From Actinomycetota bacterium (lineage in GTDB: Bacteria > Actinomycetota > Aquicultoria > SURF-47): DNA of 64,000 nt. Positions 48,388 through 58,423 of this stretch are shown here, piece after piece. The first letter of the stretch is position 1. Each line of letters begins with the position of its first letter. Below the pieces are notes generated by a model, which was not told where the DNA came from, searched no databases, and saw only the letters and a program-made list of their open reading frames with translations. Where the stretch lies: positions 16,585 to 80,584 of the forward strand of contig QZJE01000007.1 of the NCBI GenBank assembly GCA_003599235.1, given 5' to 3'. Made by a program: the position numbers and the translations under genes.

Positions 48388-48854
48388 CTATTTTCTATGC
48401 TCCAATTAAAGCCGATTTCGTCATCATCCCATTCTATACGCTTTTCATCAGGATTTTTGGGATCGTATGATTCGGTGGTAAGGTAGGTAATAACTACCGG
48501 TTGACAGCCAAGTACTTGATAACCGTGGGCTACTCCAGCCGGTATCAGCACAGTCGAGGGATTATCCTCACCCATCAAAAAAGACTCGGTTACCCCTTTG
48601 GTCTTTGAATTAGAGCGGATATCATGTAAAACCACTCTAGCGTTGCCGCTTGGAAAAAACCATATATCATCTTGTTTTTCATGATAATGAAAAGCTTTTA
48701 TTACGCCGGGATTAGTTTTAGATGCCGATAACTGGCCGAATCTTTTAACAATATCTTCATCATCACGAACAATTTCTTCAAAAAACCCCCGCTCATCATG
48801 ATGCCTAGTCAGCTTTTTATATTTGACTCCTCGAATTTTTGTGTCTTTGAACAT
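48384..48854 (-). CDS. rfbC: dTDP-4-dehydrorhamnose 3,5-epimerase (RmlC-like cupin, short form)
   Basis: 156-aa cupin with RmlC-like His/Tyr residues (FHYHEKQDDIWF, AHGYQVL). It is flanked by rfbB and rfbA. Confidence 0.65.
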   Translation of the reverse strand: MFKDTKIRGVKYKKLTRHHDERGFFEEIVRDDEDIVKRFGQLSASKTNPGVIKAFHYHEKQDDIWFFPSGNARVVLHDIRSNSKTKGVTESFLMGEDNPSTVLIPAGVAHGYQVLGCQPVVITYLTTESYDPKNPDEKRIEWDDDEIGFNWSIENR

Positions 48855-48893
48855 TTCTTCTCCTACTTACCACTTACTACTTACGACTTACGC
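48855..48893 (-). repeat. Purine-rich tandem-heptamer leader element (minus-strand GCGTAAGTCGTAAGTAGTAAGTGGTAAGTAGGAGAAG) between rfbA and rfbC; copy 2
   Basis: Shares CGTAAGTCGTAAGTAGTRAGTGGTRAGTAGG with the argJ/argB junction element. It lies directly between the rfbA stop and the rfbC start. Confidence 0.55.
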
Positions 48894-49955
48894 TTAAATT
48901 CCTACCTTACTATTGTCGCCTACCATCAACCGATAGGCTTTAGGTTTTTTGTTGCTTTTTACCACCTCAACGTTCTTGCCTATCAGGCTATCACTTAGTC
49001 GGTTGATAGATTTAACCGCACTGCCCTCAAGAACAATGCTATGCTCAATCTCGCTGTCGATTACCTGGCAATCATAATATATCGAGGTAAAGGGACCTAT
49101 GTATGAATGCTCTATTACCGTGTTTTTGCCGATAACCGCCGGGCCTCTGATAGTGCTATTAATTACCCTTGCTCCTTCATCTATAAAAACCTTGCCTACT
49201 ATCTTTGATTTATTATCCACTTGGCCCAAACAACCTTCTTTAAGGTCTTCTAGAATCATCCTGTTAGCCTCTAGCATATCTTCTAGCTTGCCGGTATCTT
49301 TCCACCATCCTTGGATAATATGAGGCTCAACCGTTAACCCTTTATCAATCATATACTGGATAGCATCAGTTATCTCTAACTCATCGCGCCAGGAAGGCTT
49401 AATAGCATTTACAGCCTCAAAAATATTCTTATCAAACATATAAACACCGACTAAGGCTAGGTTAGAAACAGGGGTTTTGGGCTTTTCGACAAGTTTTTTA
49501 ACAGTATTATCGCCGTTTAGCTCCGCCACGCCGAACCTTTTGGGGTCTTCTACTTCGGCTAATAAAATCTGAGCATTAGGTTTATTGCTTTTAAACTCAT
49601 CTACAAGGGTTTTAATACCATCCTTTATCAAATTATCGCCTAAAAACATAACAAACTCTTCGTTGCCTAACTCTTTTTGGGCAATTTTAACCGCATGAGC
49701 CAGCCCCAAAGGCCTTTCTTGATAAACATAAGAGACACTTACACCAAATTGTTCCCCGTTGCCGATAGCTTCTTTTATTTCATCTTGGGTATCGCCAACT
49801 ATTATGATAACTTCTTTTATTCCAGCCTCAGCGATAGAATGCAGGCAATAGTAAAGCACCGGCTTGTTGGCTACCGGAACTAACTGTTTTGCACTGGTGT
49901 GAGTTATCGGCCGCAAGCGAGTTCCTTCCCCGCCTGCTAAAATAAGGGCTTTCAT
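48894..49955 (-). CDS. rfbA: Glucose-1-phosphate thymidylyltransferase, long form with C-terminal left-handed beta-helix
   Basis: 353 aa. The N-terminal nucleotidyltransferase has GGxGTRL (MKALILAGGEGTRLRP) and the C-terminus has hexapeptide repeats, the archaeal/Gram-positive long RmlA type. Confidence 0.85.
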   Translation of the reverse strand: MKALILAGGEGTRLRPITHTSAKQLVPVANKPVLYYCLHSIAEAGIKEVIIIVGDTQDEIKEAIGNGEQFGVSVSYVYQERPLGLAHAVKIAQKELGNEEFVMFLGDNLIKDGIKTLVDEFKSNKPNAQILLAEVEDPKRFGVAELNGDNTVKKLVEKPKTPVSNLALVGVYMFDKNIFEAVNAIKPSWRDELEITDAIQYMIDKGLTVEPHIIQGWWKDTGKLEDMLEANRMILEDLKEGCLGQVDNKSKIVGKVFIDEGARVINSTIRGPAVIGKNTVIEHSYIGPFTSIYYDCQVIDSEIEHSIVLEGSAVKSINRLSDSLIGKNVEVVKSNKKPKAYRLMVGDNSKVGI

Positions 49956-51151
49956 TTTCCGGTCACTACTATAACATCTGTATATTGGGAAGGAAAGATT
50001 GATTGGCTTTTTTTGATACGCTTTGTCCCTAACATTGCAGCTATTACTTTTGCTTTTTCTAATTTGGCATTAGTTTGATAATAAACAACCGTGCTGCCCT
50101 TATTGAGATTATCAGCATTTTCTACCCTAAGCACTTGAAAACCCATACCGGCTATTTTTGGTTTTAACTTAGTAGCTTGACCTGCAATACCGCTGCCATT
50201 TTGGATAATTACCGTTGTGTCCTCGTTATCAGTGCTAACAGGCAGTCCTTTCTCAATACATTCAAGCATATACTCAATTCTTTCTTCGTCGGGAAGAAGA
50301 TAATATCCCCGCCAAGACCAATCATCAGTTCCGGGCAGCGTAACCATTTGCACCTTGGCTTTATCCACTGCCTGCATCGCTCTGGCCAGCCCTAAGAGTT
50401 GCATTCCGGACAAATCAGTTTCTGAGTTCTCGGCAAAAATACTTACTAGGTAAGGAATCCTGGGGATGGTACTCCAGCTAGTCATTTTAGACATTAACGC
50501 TTTCATAAAATTGTGCTGTCGTTTTATTCTTCCGGGATCCCCGGTTAGTTTTTTATCCATTCTAAACCGAACATAATTTAGGGCAGTTACCCCGTCTAGC
50601 ACATGATAGCCAGCCGGAATATTCATACGATACGTTTTTGTATTGTTAACTAGCGGTTCGCCAATGTTGATAGGCAGCCCACCCATTGCATCAATTACCT
50701 TAATAAACCCCTGGAACCGGATAATAGCATAGTGGTGGATTTTCCAGCCTAGAAAATCGCTTACAGTCTTAATAGTAAGATCCGGGCCGCCATAGACCAT
50801 AGCTGCATTTATTTTGTCATGACCGTGTCCTTCAATCTCCACTTTCATATCCCTGGGGATAGATATCATTACCGCCTGATTTTTCTTAGGATTGAGGTGA
50901 ATTAATATCATGGTGTCGGTGCGAGTGTATTTTGGTTGGTCCTTGGTATCTTGGTTGATATCTTGGCCCATTAGCAGGATGTTTACGGGTTCATCACCAA
51001 TTGCTTCCTCTAATGAAACAATATTTTTCCCCCGTTGAAACTTTGATTCAATAAACTTAAGGTAAACATAGCCGCCAGTGGAAACCAAAATGGTTGCCAT
51101 CAGCATAAAAGAAAGTATTTTTTGTTTTAGAGATACTCTTGAAATATGCAT
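49952..51151 (-). CDS. LytR-CpsA-Psr (LCP) family cell-wall glycopolymer ligase
   Basis: 399 aa with an N-terminal TM anchor and an LCP domain (ILLMGQD...RTDTMILIHLNP...ISIPRD). Confidence 0.8.
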   Translation of the reverse strand: MHISRVSLKQKILSFMLMATILVSTGGYVYLKFIESKFQRGKNIVSLEEAIGDEPVNILLMGQDINQDTKDQPKYTRTDTMILIHLNPKKNQAVMISIPRDMKVEIEGHGHDKINAAMVYGGPDLTIKTVSDFLGWKIHHYAIIRFQGFIKVIDAMGGLPINIGEPLVNNTKTYRMNIPAGYHVLDGVTALNYVRFRMDKKLTGDPGRIKRQHNFMKALMSKMTSWSTIPRIPYLVSIFAENSETDLSGMQLLGLARAMQAVDKAKVQMVTLPGTDDWSWRGYYLLPDEERIEYMLECIEKGLPVSTDNEDTTVIIQNGSGIAGQATKLKPKIAGMGFQVLRVENADNLNKGSTVVYYQTNAKLEKAKVIAAMLGTKRIKKSQSIFPSQYTDVIVVTGK

Positions 51152-51245
51152 AGCTACAACTTTACTATTAAACGGTTTTTAACCCAAAAAATCAATTATA
51201 CTCCTATAAAACAAGACAATTAATTTAATTTTTGGTAAAGTTTTT

Positions 51246-51815
51246 ATGGTTATGCAAAAAGCAATCATTAAAAGTCTAGAAGAAAGCGCTAACACAAAAA
51301 ACGCTTTAACAGAGTTTAGCGATGTAATTGAGTTAGCCGCTAAACTTGTTATCAAAACTTATCATAACAAAGGCAAGGTGCTGCTTCTGGGAAACGGTGG
51401 AAGTGCTGCCGATGCCCAGCATATTGCAGCAGAGTTCGTGGTCCGTTTTGCTAAAAGCCGTTTATCTTTACCGGCCATCGCTCTGTCATGTAACTCTTCA
51501 ATAATCACCGCCTGCAGCAATGATACTGAATTTAACGAAGTTTTCAGAAAACAGATAGAATCATTAGCCCAACACGGAGATTGCATAATCGCTATTACAA
51601 CTAGCGGGACTTCTCTAAACATAATAAACGCTGTTAAGGAAGCCAAGAAGAAGAGATGTTCGGTTATTAGCTTAATTGGTAAAAAACACTCACCTCTTTG
51701 CAGCCTTTCGGATGTTTGTATTGCTGTCCCATCTAGCAGTACGCCCCGCATCCAAGAAGCCCACATCACCATCGGCCACATCATTTGTCAACTGGTCGAA
51801 GAAACCTTGTTTTAG
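51246..51815 (+). CDS. gmhA: Phosphoheptose isomerase (sedoheptulose-7-phosphate isomerase, SIS domain)
   Basis: 189 aa with the SIS-domain motif LLLGNGGSAADAQHIAAEF. Confidence 0.8.
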   Translation: MVMQKAIIKSLEESANTKNALTEFSDVIELAAKLVIKTYHNKGKVLLLGNGGSAADAQHIAAEFVVRFAKSRLSLPAIALSCNSSIITACSNDTEFNEVFRKQIESLAQHGDCIIAITTSGTSLNIINAVKEAKKKRCSVISLIGKKHSPLCSLSDVCIAVPSSSTPRIQEAHITIGHIICQLVEETLF

Positions 51816-51822
51816 ACATCAG

Positions 51823-52422
51823 ATGTCAGACTTCAGTCGTCAGGAAACATCAAACAAACGTCATTGCGAGGAGGCCAATAGCCGACGTGGCAATCTCAGA
51901 CATAAGGCAGTCTTCCTAGACCGCGATAATACCATTATCGAAGACGAAGAAGGATATCTCTCTAATCCTAACAAAGTAAAACTGCTTCCAGGAGCAGCAG
52001 GCGCCATTAAGAAACTAAATGGAGCTGGGTTTAAGGTGATAATCGTAAGCAATCAGTCTGGTATTGGACGCGGATTAATTACAGAGGAACAACTTGGTCA
52101 AGTTAATCAAAAGATGCTCGAACTTTTAGCTGAAGAAGGTGCTAAGATAGATGCTATATACTATTGCCCTCACCATCCCGAAGCCGATATAGAGAAATAC
52201 CGAATGATATGTCCAGACAGAAAGCCAGCTCCCGGAATGCTCATTAAAGCCGCCGTAGAACATAATATCGACCTCAGTAAGAGCTATTGTGTTGGTGATA
52301 GTGAACGAGACATCCAAGCAGGCAAAAACGCCGGTTGCTCTACCTTAATGATTAGCGAGGAATTAGATCTAAAAAAAGCAGTAGAAATTATTTTGAATAA
52401 CTCTTTAGAATCTTATCGATAA
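51823..52422 (+). CDS. gmhB: D-glycero-D-manno-heptose 1,7-bisphosphate phosphatase (HAD, GmhB type)
   Basis: HAD motif I AVFLDRDNTII, then VSNQSGIGRG and CPHHPE (Zn-binding GmhB signature). The longest ORF starts at 51676 and overlaps gmhA in another frame. The ATG at 51823, just after the gmhA stop, is the likely start. Confidence 0.75.
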   Translation: MSDFSRQETSNKRHCEEANSRRGNLRHKAVFLDRDNTIIEDEEGYLSNPNKVKLLPGAAGAIKKLNGAGFKVIIVSNQSGIGRGLITEEQLGQVNQKMLELLAEEGAKIDAIYYCPHHPEADIEKYRMICPDRKPAPGMLIKAAVEHNIDLSKSYCVGDSERDIQAGKNAGCSTLMISEELDLKKAVEIILNNSLESYR

Positions 52423-53845
52423 TCTTCGAGCTTGAGTAGCCTTCGATAAAGGGCACTAAAGAGATCTCTCCGCCATAGGACTTAACTACTGAGGCTTCCG
52501 GTAAATCTTCCTCGTTATAATCGCCGCCTTTAACAAAGACATCGGGCTTAAGCAACTCAAGGATTGCTTCAGGCGTATCTTCGTCGAAGAAGGTAACGTA
52601 ATCTACAAAGTCCAATAAGGAAATTATCTCTGCTCTTTGCTCTTCGCTTATTATCGGCCGGCTATCCCCTTTTATTCTCTTGATAGAATCATCGGTATTT
52701 AGCCCCACTACAAAAACATTGCCTAGTTTAGCGGCGCTTTTTAGATAGGAGATGTGGCCTAAGTGAAGTATATCAAAGCAACCGCTGGTAAAAACAACTT
52801 TTTCGCCTTGAGCTTTTTGAGATTCCAGGATACTTATTAAATCATTAGCATCTTTTATCTTAGCATGTTCATGCTCGAACCTTCTTACGAGCTCTTTCTG
52901 GCTTACCGTAGCCGTGCCTAGCTTAGATACCTCAATAGCAGCCGCTTGGTTAGCAATAATGGAGGCCTCTTCATAACTTGCACCGGAGGCAACCGATAAG
53001 GCAATGGCCGCTACTACCGTGTCTCCGGCCCCGCTTACATCAAAAACTTCCTTAGCTTCCGTGGGATAATGCATCACTTTGCCAGTAGTATCAAACAAGG
53101 ACATTCCTTCATTTGCCCTGGTAATCAAAACACTGCACTGCATTTCTGAACACAGTTTCTGGCCCATGCCGATAATATCCTGGTCGGTGCTGCCGGCAAT
53201 ATTGGTCATTTTAGAAGCTTCCCTGTGATTGGGAGTAATCAAATCAATTCCCTTATAAAGTTCATGGTGCCTGCATTTGGTATCAGCAATTATTGTTTTA
53301 TTGATATCCTTAGCTATACTAATTAAGTTCTTTATTAGGCTAGAGGTAAGAGTGCCCTTATCATAATCAGAGAAAACCACTATATCTACATCAGTTGCCA
53401 GCATCTCAAAGCTTTTAACGATGGCTTTTTCCCGTTCTTCTTCTAATTCTTGGGTATTTTCGTAGTCAAGCCTGATAAGCTGCTGGTTATGGCTTAAAAC
53501 CCTGGTTTTGGTGATAGTAGGTTTGTGATGGTCAAAAACAATGCCAGAAAAACCGATTTTATTTTTCTCTAGAATAGATATCAGCTGCTTACCTGGCTCA
53601 TCCTGGCCTAGAGTGCCTACTAGCTCTGCTTGGCCTCCCATAGCTACTACATTGTTAGCCAGATTGGCTGCTCCGCCCGGTAGCATAGTTTCCTTATTTA
53701 CCTTAACTACCTGCACCGGAGCCTCAGGTGATATACGATCAACTTCTCCAAAGAGATACTTGTCGACCATTACATCGCCGACTATTAGTATCTTTTTCTT
53801 ATTGAAGTTCTTAATAATCCTTGTTAAAGCTTCCATTAGTAGCAT
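52388..53845 (-). CDS. hldE: Bifunctional D-beta-D-heptose 7-phosphate kinase / D-beta-D-heptose 1-phosphate adenylyltransferase
   Basis: 485 aa. The N-terminal half is ribokinase-like (PfkB) and the C-terminal ~150 aa is a cytidylyltransferase-like domain (FTSGCFDILHLGHISYLK). Its 3' end overlaps the gmhB 3' end by 35 nt. Confidence 0.85.
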   Translation of the reverse strand: MLLMEALTRIIKNFNKKKILIVGDVMVDKYLFGEVDRISPEAPVQVVKVNKETMLPGGAANLANNVVAMGGQAELVGTLGQDEPGKQLISILEKNKIGFSGIVFDHHKPTITKTRVLSHNQQLIRLDYENTQELEEEREKAIVKSFEMLATDVDIVVFSDYDKGTLTSSLIKNLISIAKDINKTIIADTKCRHHELYKGIDLITPNHREASKMTNIAGSTDQDIIGMGQKLCSEMQCSVLITRANEGMSLFDTTGKVMHYPTEAKEVFDVSGAGDTVVAAIALSVASGASYEEASIIANQAAAIEVSKLGTATVSQKELVRRFEHEHAKIKDANDLISILESQKAQGEKVVFTSGCFDILHLGHISYLKSAAKLGNVFVVGLNTDDSIKRIKGDSRPIISEEQRAEIISLLDFVDYVTFFDEDTPEAILELLKPDVFVKGGDYNEEDLPEASVVKSYGGEISLVPFIEGYSSSKIIDKILKSYSK

Positions 53846-53887
53846 TTTAACTTATTTTACTATTACCAGCTAGTCAGCTATAATCTA

Positions 53888-54697
53888 TTGCTTGGAGAAG
53901 TTATGATTGCAAAATTAATTGAAATATATAAACACCGGGAATTACTCGTAGTTTTTACAAAAAAAGAGCTAAAAGTTAAGTACAAAAACTCCGCTATGGG
54001 CGTGCTATGGTCTTTTATTAATCCCTTGATTATGGCAGTTGTCTATACACTGGTCTTTAGTAAGCTGTTTGGAGCAAGTAAAGAAATAAAAGACTACCCC
54101 ATATTTCTTTTATCGGCCTTATTGGCATGGAATTTCTTTACTGTATGTATAGCAACCTCCTCTAGCGCCATCATCGCAAACGCCAATCTTATCAAAAAAG
54201 TTCGATTCCCTAGAGAAATTATCCCTTTGTCAATTATACTAGCAGCTCTGGCAAACTATTTAATGGAAGTTGCTGTACTAATGGTTATCTTGTTAATAAT
54301 GGGTTACAATTTTATTCCATATCTTCCAATTTTTTTGTTAGTGCTCATACTGCAACTGATTGCCACTGCGGGTTTTGGTTTTATATTTTCAGCTTTAACT
54401 GTTTACTTTCGTGATATTGAGCAGTTAATTAATATTATTCTGCTCATCTGGTTTTTTGCTACTCCTATCGTATATGATATTAGCAAGGTAAATAAATTAT
54501 CGCCGATTTTTGCAACTGCTCTTAAAATTCTTAATCCTCTAGTATCTATAATGTTACTTTACAGGAGTTCGCTATATTACCTTTCATGGCCCTCATTGCA
54601 GCTAATCATTTATGGCCTTCTCGGATCTACTAGCATTTTTATTGCTGGCTATATTCTGTTTCAAAAACTTTCACCAAATTTTGCTAAAGAGGTTTAA
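53888..54697 (+). CDS. wzm: ABC-2 type polysaccharide exporter permease (second copy)
   Basis: 269 aa, 6-TM ABC-2 permease, paralogous to the gene at 45617..46459. GGAG RBS upstream. Confidence 0.75.
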   Translation: MLGEVMIAKLIEIYKHRELLVVFTKKELKVKYKNSAMGVLWSFINPLIMAVVYTLVFSKLFGASKEIKDYPIFLLSALLAWNFFTVCIATSSSAIIANANLIKKVRFPREIIPLSIILAALANYLMEVAVLMVILLIMGYNFIPYLPIFLLVLILQLIATAGFGFIFSALTVYFRDIEQLINIILLIWFFATPIVYDISKVNKLSPIFATALKILNPLVSIMLLYRSSLYYLSWPSLQLIIYGLLGSTSIFIAGYILFQKLSPNFAKEV

Positions 54698-55923
54698 TGA
54701 AAAAAAACCAATCATCAAAAATCGTCATTGAAATAAAAGACTTATGGGAAAGTTTCCGCATTTATCATCACAAAAGCATGACCTTAAAAGATACCTTCGT
54801 GCGCTTAAAAAAATCTGCATATGAGGAGTTTTGGGCCTTAAAGGGAGTGTCTTTCAAAGTATTTAAGGGTGAGACATTGGGCATCATCGGTGAGAATGGC
54901 TCTGGAAAAAGTACCCTTTTAAAGTGCATCTCAGGAATACTAGAGCCAAGCAAAGGCTGTATTAAGGTCAAGGGAAAGATTTCACCATTACTTGAACTAG
55001 GGGCCGGTTTTCATCCTGAACTTAGCGGGCGGGAAAATATCTTTATTAACGGGGCAATCCTGGGATTAACAAAAAAACAAATCCAAGAACGATATGACAA
55101 AATAGTTGCTTTTGCTGAGCTAGAAGACTTTATAGATACCCAAGTTAAGTTCTATTCATCCGGTATGTATATTAGGCTTGGTTTTGCAGTAGCAATTTTT
55201 GCTGACCCTGATATTTTAATGGTAGATGAAGTATTAGCTGTAGGTGATGAGAGTTTCAGAAAAAAATGTTTTGATAAGATTAAAGAGTTTCAAAAAATGA
55301 ATAAAACAATAATTATAGTGACTCATGATATGGGATCCGCTTATAGATTTTGTGACAGATTGGTGCTTCTTAGCAAAGGAAAGATAAATAAAGAAGGCAA
55401 ACCAAAAGAAATTGTAAGGAATTATGTAAATAGCGTTATTGAAGACGAAAAATTTAGCGAAAAGGGCTCCAAAGATATAGTGCTTACAAAGGTAGAATTA
55501 TTTGATGAAAATGAGACAAAACAAACCAACTTTTCTCCGGGTGACAACCTAGTTATTTCGATTACTTATAATGCAAAAACTGCAATCAAAAACCCAATTT
55601 TTGGTTTCGCTATATTCGACCAGCAAGGAAACCATTGTTTTGGAACCCACACTAAGTACAAGGGCCTTAATATCCCAGAAGTTAACGGTGTGGGCCTCAT
55701 ACGCTTTAAACTCGATTCATTGCCAATGTTAAACGGTAAATTTTACTTAACTGTAGCAGCTATCAACGAATCAAATGATATATATCATGAGTTAAAAAAT
55801 TGCCTATCTTTTGAAGTAACAAGCTCCAATGATGATGAGGGAACCTTATATATTCCTGTGGAGTGTGAAATTCAGTCACTTTCGAATAAATCGAATACCA
55901 AACAAGAAGTTGGAAAAAACTAA
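54697..55923 (+). CDS. wzt: Polysaccharide ABC exporter ATP-binding protein with C-terminal carbohydrate-binding domain (second copy)
   Basis: 408 aa with Walker A GENGSGKST and a ~150-aa C-terminal extension. Paralogous to the gene at 44372..45616. Confidence 0.8.
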   Translation: MKKNQSSKIVIEIKDLWESFRIYHHKSMTLKDTFVRLKKSAYEEFWALKGVSFKVFKGETLGIIGENGSGKSTLLKCISGILEPSKGCIKVKGKISPLLELGAGFHPELSGRENIFINGAILGLTKKQIQERYDKIVAFAELEDFIDTQVKFYSSGMYIRLGFAVAIFADPDILMVDEVLAVGDESFRKKCFDKIKEFQKMNKTIIIVTHDMGSAYRFCDRLVLLSKGKINKEGKPKEIVRNYVNSVIEDEKFSEKGSKDIVLTKVELFDENETKQTNFSPGDNLVISITYNAKTAIKNPIFGFAIFDQQGNHCFGTHTKYKGLNIPEVNGVGLIRFKLDSLPMLNGKFYLTVAAINESNDIYHELKNCLSFEVTSSNDDEGTLYIPVECEIQSLSNKSNTKQEVGKN

Positions 55924-57230
55924 TGAAAATTGTCTTTATTAATCCTTATATTTCAAACGATAAATCCTATCCTGATTATCCCCCTATAGGGATTCTATCA
56001 ATGTCTAGCTTGTTAAAAGAAGCTGGCTATAGCGTTTTCTTTTTAGATGCCCAATTCGAACAACTTAGTGTTGATCAGATTAGCGCTAAGATCAAAAAAA
56101 TAGTACCAGACCTAATCGGAATAACTATAAATGTTGTTCAAGCAAAATCAGCTCTAGTCTATATAAACGAATTAAAAAAAATCTTTCCCAGTATCCCGCT
56201 AGTTATAGGTGGTCCTTTTGTAACAGGTTTCGGTAAAGAAACATTTGATCATATAAAAGAAGCCGATTTTGCAGTTCAAGGCGAAGGTGAAGAAGCTATC
56301 GTTAACCTAGTAAACCATCTCGATGGAAGGTTCGCGTTGGAAGATATTGATAATCTGATATACAAAAATAATGGCCAAATAATTACTAATCCCTTAAAGC
56401 GAATCTTTGATATTAATGCCCTGCCTTTGCCTGATTATGATTTGATCAAAGACCATATAAATCTATATACCCCTCCTCATCCTTCAATTGCCCAACCATC
56501 TATGCATATAATGTGCTCAAGAGGTTGCCCGTTTAAATGCCAATTCTGCTCCTCTCCTACCATATGGGGCAGAAAAGTAATATATAGAAACGTAGAATCA
56601 GTAATAGAAGAAGTTGATTTATTAATTAGCAAATTCGGCGTCAAAGAGATATTTTTTCAAGACGACACCCTAAATGCCCGTAAAAAGTGGTTTTTTGAGC
56701 TTTGCCATCAGCTTATTGAAACCAAGCTAAATGAGAAAGCTTATTTTAAATGTCCTTTTAGAGTTAATAAAAAAATCTTAAGCAGAGAACTTTTACAAAT
56801 AGCAAAAAAAGCGAACTTTTGGATGATTTTTTATGGAGTCGAGAATGGCAACCAGGCAATGCTTCAAAGTATGAACAAAGGAATAAAGATCAGAGATATT
56901 AAACGTGCTTTTGATTTAAGTAAGCAAGTCGGCATTAAAACTTTCGCTTCTTTTATGGTGGGCAACATAGGAGAAACAGAAGAAACATATAGAGATTCTA
57001 TCAATTTAATGAAAGAAATTAAATCTGATTATGGAGGTTTCGCTTTCGCAATTCCTTTTCCGGGTAGCGAATTATATAATGTTGCATTATCAAAGCGTCA
57101 TATAGAGATCAATGATTTTGTCTCTGAATTTACAACTGATAGATGCATAGTTCGAACTGATAAGCTAGATAGTAAAAGAATCCAAGAGTTAACAATGCAA
57201 GCAAACCAGTTAATGGTAGATAAAAATTAA
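55923..57230 (+). CDS. Cobalamin(B12)-binding radical SAM protein (class B radical SAM; probable C-methyltransferase or related sugar-modifying enzyme)
   Basis: 435 aa with an N-terminal B12-binding Rossmann-like domain, then the radical SAM CxxxCxxC motif (CSRGCPFKCQFC). Confidence 0.8.
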   Translation: MKIVFINPYISNDKSYPDYPPIGILSMSSLLKEAGYSVFFLDAQFEQLSVDQISAKIKKIVPDLIGITINVVQAKSALVYINELKKIFPSIPLVIGGPFVTGFGKETFDHIKEADFAVQGEGEEAIVNLVNHLDGRFALEDIDNLIYKNNGQIITNPLKRIFDINALPLPDYDLIKDHINLYTPPHPSIAQPSMHIMCSRGCPFKCQFCSSPTIWGRKVIYRNVESVIEEVDLLISKFGVKEIFFQDDTLNARKKWFFELCHQLIETKLNEKAYFKCPFRVNKKILSRELLQIAKKANFWMIFYGVENGNQAMLQSMNKGIKIRDIKRAFDLSKQVGIKTFASFMVGNIGETEETYRDSINLMKEIKSDYGGFAFAIPFPGSELYNVALSKRHIEINDFVSEFTTDRCIVRTDKLDSKRIQELTMQANQLMVDKN

Positions 57231-57241
57231 ATCACTTAAAA

Positions 57242-58411
57242 ATGATAGTTTATTATGAGGATAAACAAAATGATATAGAGCAAATCGCCGATGATCTTTT
57301 TTTAGTCTCTGATAAATCCTTCGAGAGATTACAAAACATTTACTCCACTTTTATGCGATTAGACTACCCATCAGCTTACATTTTGGATGGTAGTAAACAT
57401 CCAAAAAATATTCTAAAAAGATTACTGAGAAAACTTTCACATTGGTACATAAAGAGATTGGAAGATTTTGGAAGACAACATTTATCTATTGAAAAAAAAT
57501 TATTCACTAATTTGTTTGATGAAATTAATCAAATCAGGCAGCAAAGCCAAAGGAGTGAACAATTAGCAAATGCTAATGGAGAATTTTTAAAGCAATTTAA
57601 TAAAGGAATGTACATCGAAAGAATAAACAGAATTGAGAGATCCTTAAAAGATAAACACAGCAATAACTTCCCAACAAAACAACAGAGAAAAAACAAAGAA
57701 TTACCAGAAGAATTAAAAGTAGCTAATAGTATGGATTATTATATGTTTGAGAATAATTTCAGAGGATCCGAAGAAGTTATTAAAAATCGTCAGAATCAAT
57801 ATCTTAAATATTTTGTTAATAAAAGTAACGTTTTAGATATCGGTTGCGGACGAGGCGAATTTTTAGAACTCCTAACTAATCATAACGTTGAATGCTATGG
57901 AATAGATATTAATCCTGACATGGTATTAAAAGGCAGAGAAAAAGATCTAAAAATTATTCAAGAAGAAGCCCTAAGTCATTTACTTTCAGTAGAAGATGAA
58001 TCCCTGGGTGGCATTTTTTGCTCACAACTTATTGAACATCTAAGCCCCTCAGCGATTTCTAATCTTATCGAACTCAGTTGGAATAAACTAAAAAAGGATT
58101 CCTATTTTATCTGCGAGACAATAAATCCTTGTTGTGTAAGCGCTTTCATTAATTCCTTTATTATGGATCTCTCCCACGTAAAACCACTTCATCCAGCAAC
58201 CCTGAATTTCTTATTTGAGAGCAATCACTTCGAAGAAGTAAAAGTTACTTTTCTAACACCGCATGAGGAATCAGCAAAACTAAGCAAAATAAGCGTTCAA
58301 GGCCTCGACGAACAACATCTAAGAATTTCTGAATTACTAAACAGCAACACGGAAAAACTTAATCAATTGTTATTTGGCTATCAAGAGTATGCAGTAATCG
58401 CAAAAAAGTAG
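57242..58411 (+). CDS. Class I SAM-dependent methyltransferase with ~170-aa N-terminal extension
   Basis: 389 aa with methyltransferase motif I VLDIGCGRGEF in the C-terminal half. The N-terminal region is helical and charged. Confidence 0.7.
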   Translation: MIVYYEDKQNDIEQIADDLFLVSDKSFERLQNIYSTFMRLDYPSAYILDGSKHPKNILKRLLRKLSHWYIKRLEDFGRQHLSIEKKLFTNLFDEINQIRQQSQRSEQLANANGEFLKQFNKGMYIERINRIERSLKDKHSNNFPTKQQRKNKELPEELKVANSMDYYMFENNFRGSEEVIKNRQNQYLKYFVNKSNVLDIGCGRGEFLELLTNHNVECYGIDINPDMVLKGREKDLKIIQEEALSHLLSVEDESLGGIFCSQLIEHLSPSAISNLIELSWNKLKKDSYFICETINPCCVSAFINSFIMDLSHVKPLHPATLNFLFESNHFEEVKVTFLTPHEESAKLSKISVQGLDEQHLRISELLNSNTEKLNQLLFGYQEYAVIAKK

Positions 58412-58423
58412 TAAGGAAGTTAT

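Noticed and set aside
51362-52052. Minus-strand ORFs (140 aa and 63 aa) and the long plus-strand ORF starting at 51676
   Set aside because: They overlap gmhA and gmhB in other frames. gmhB more plausibly starts at the ATG at 51823, just after the gmhA stop.
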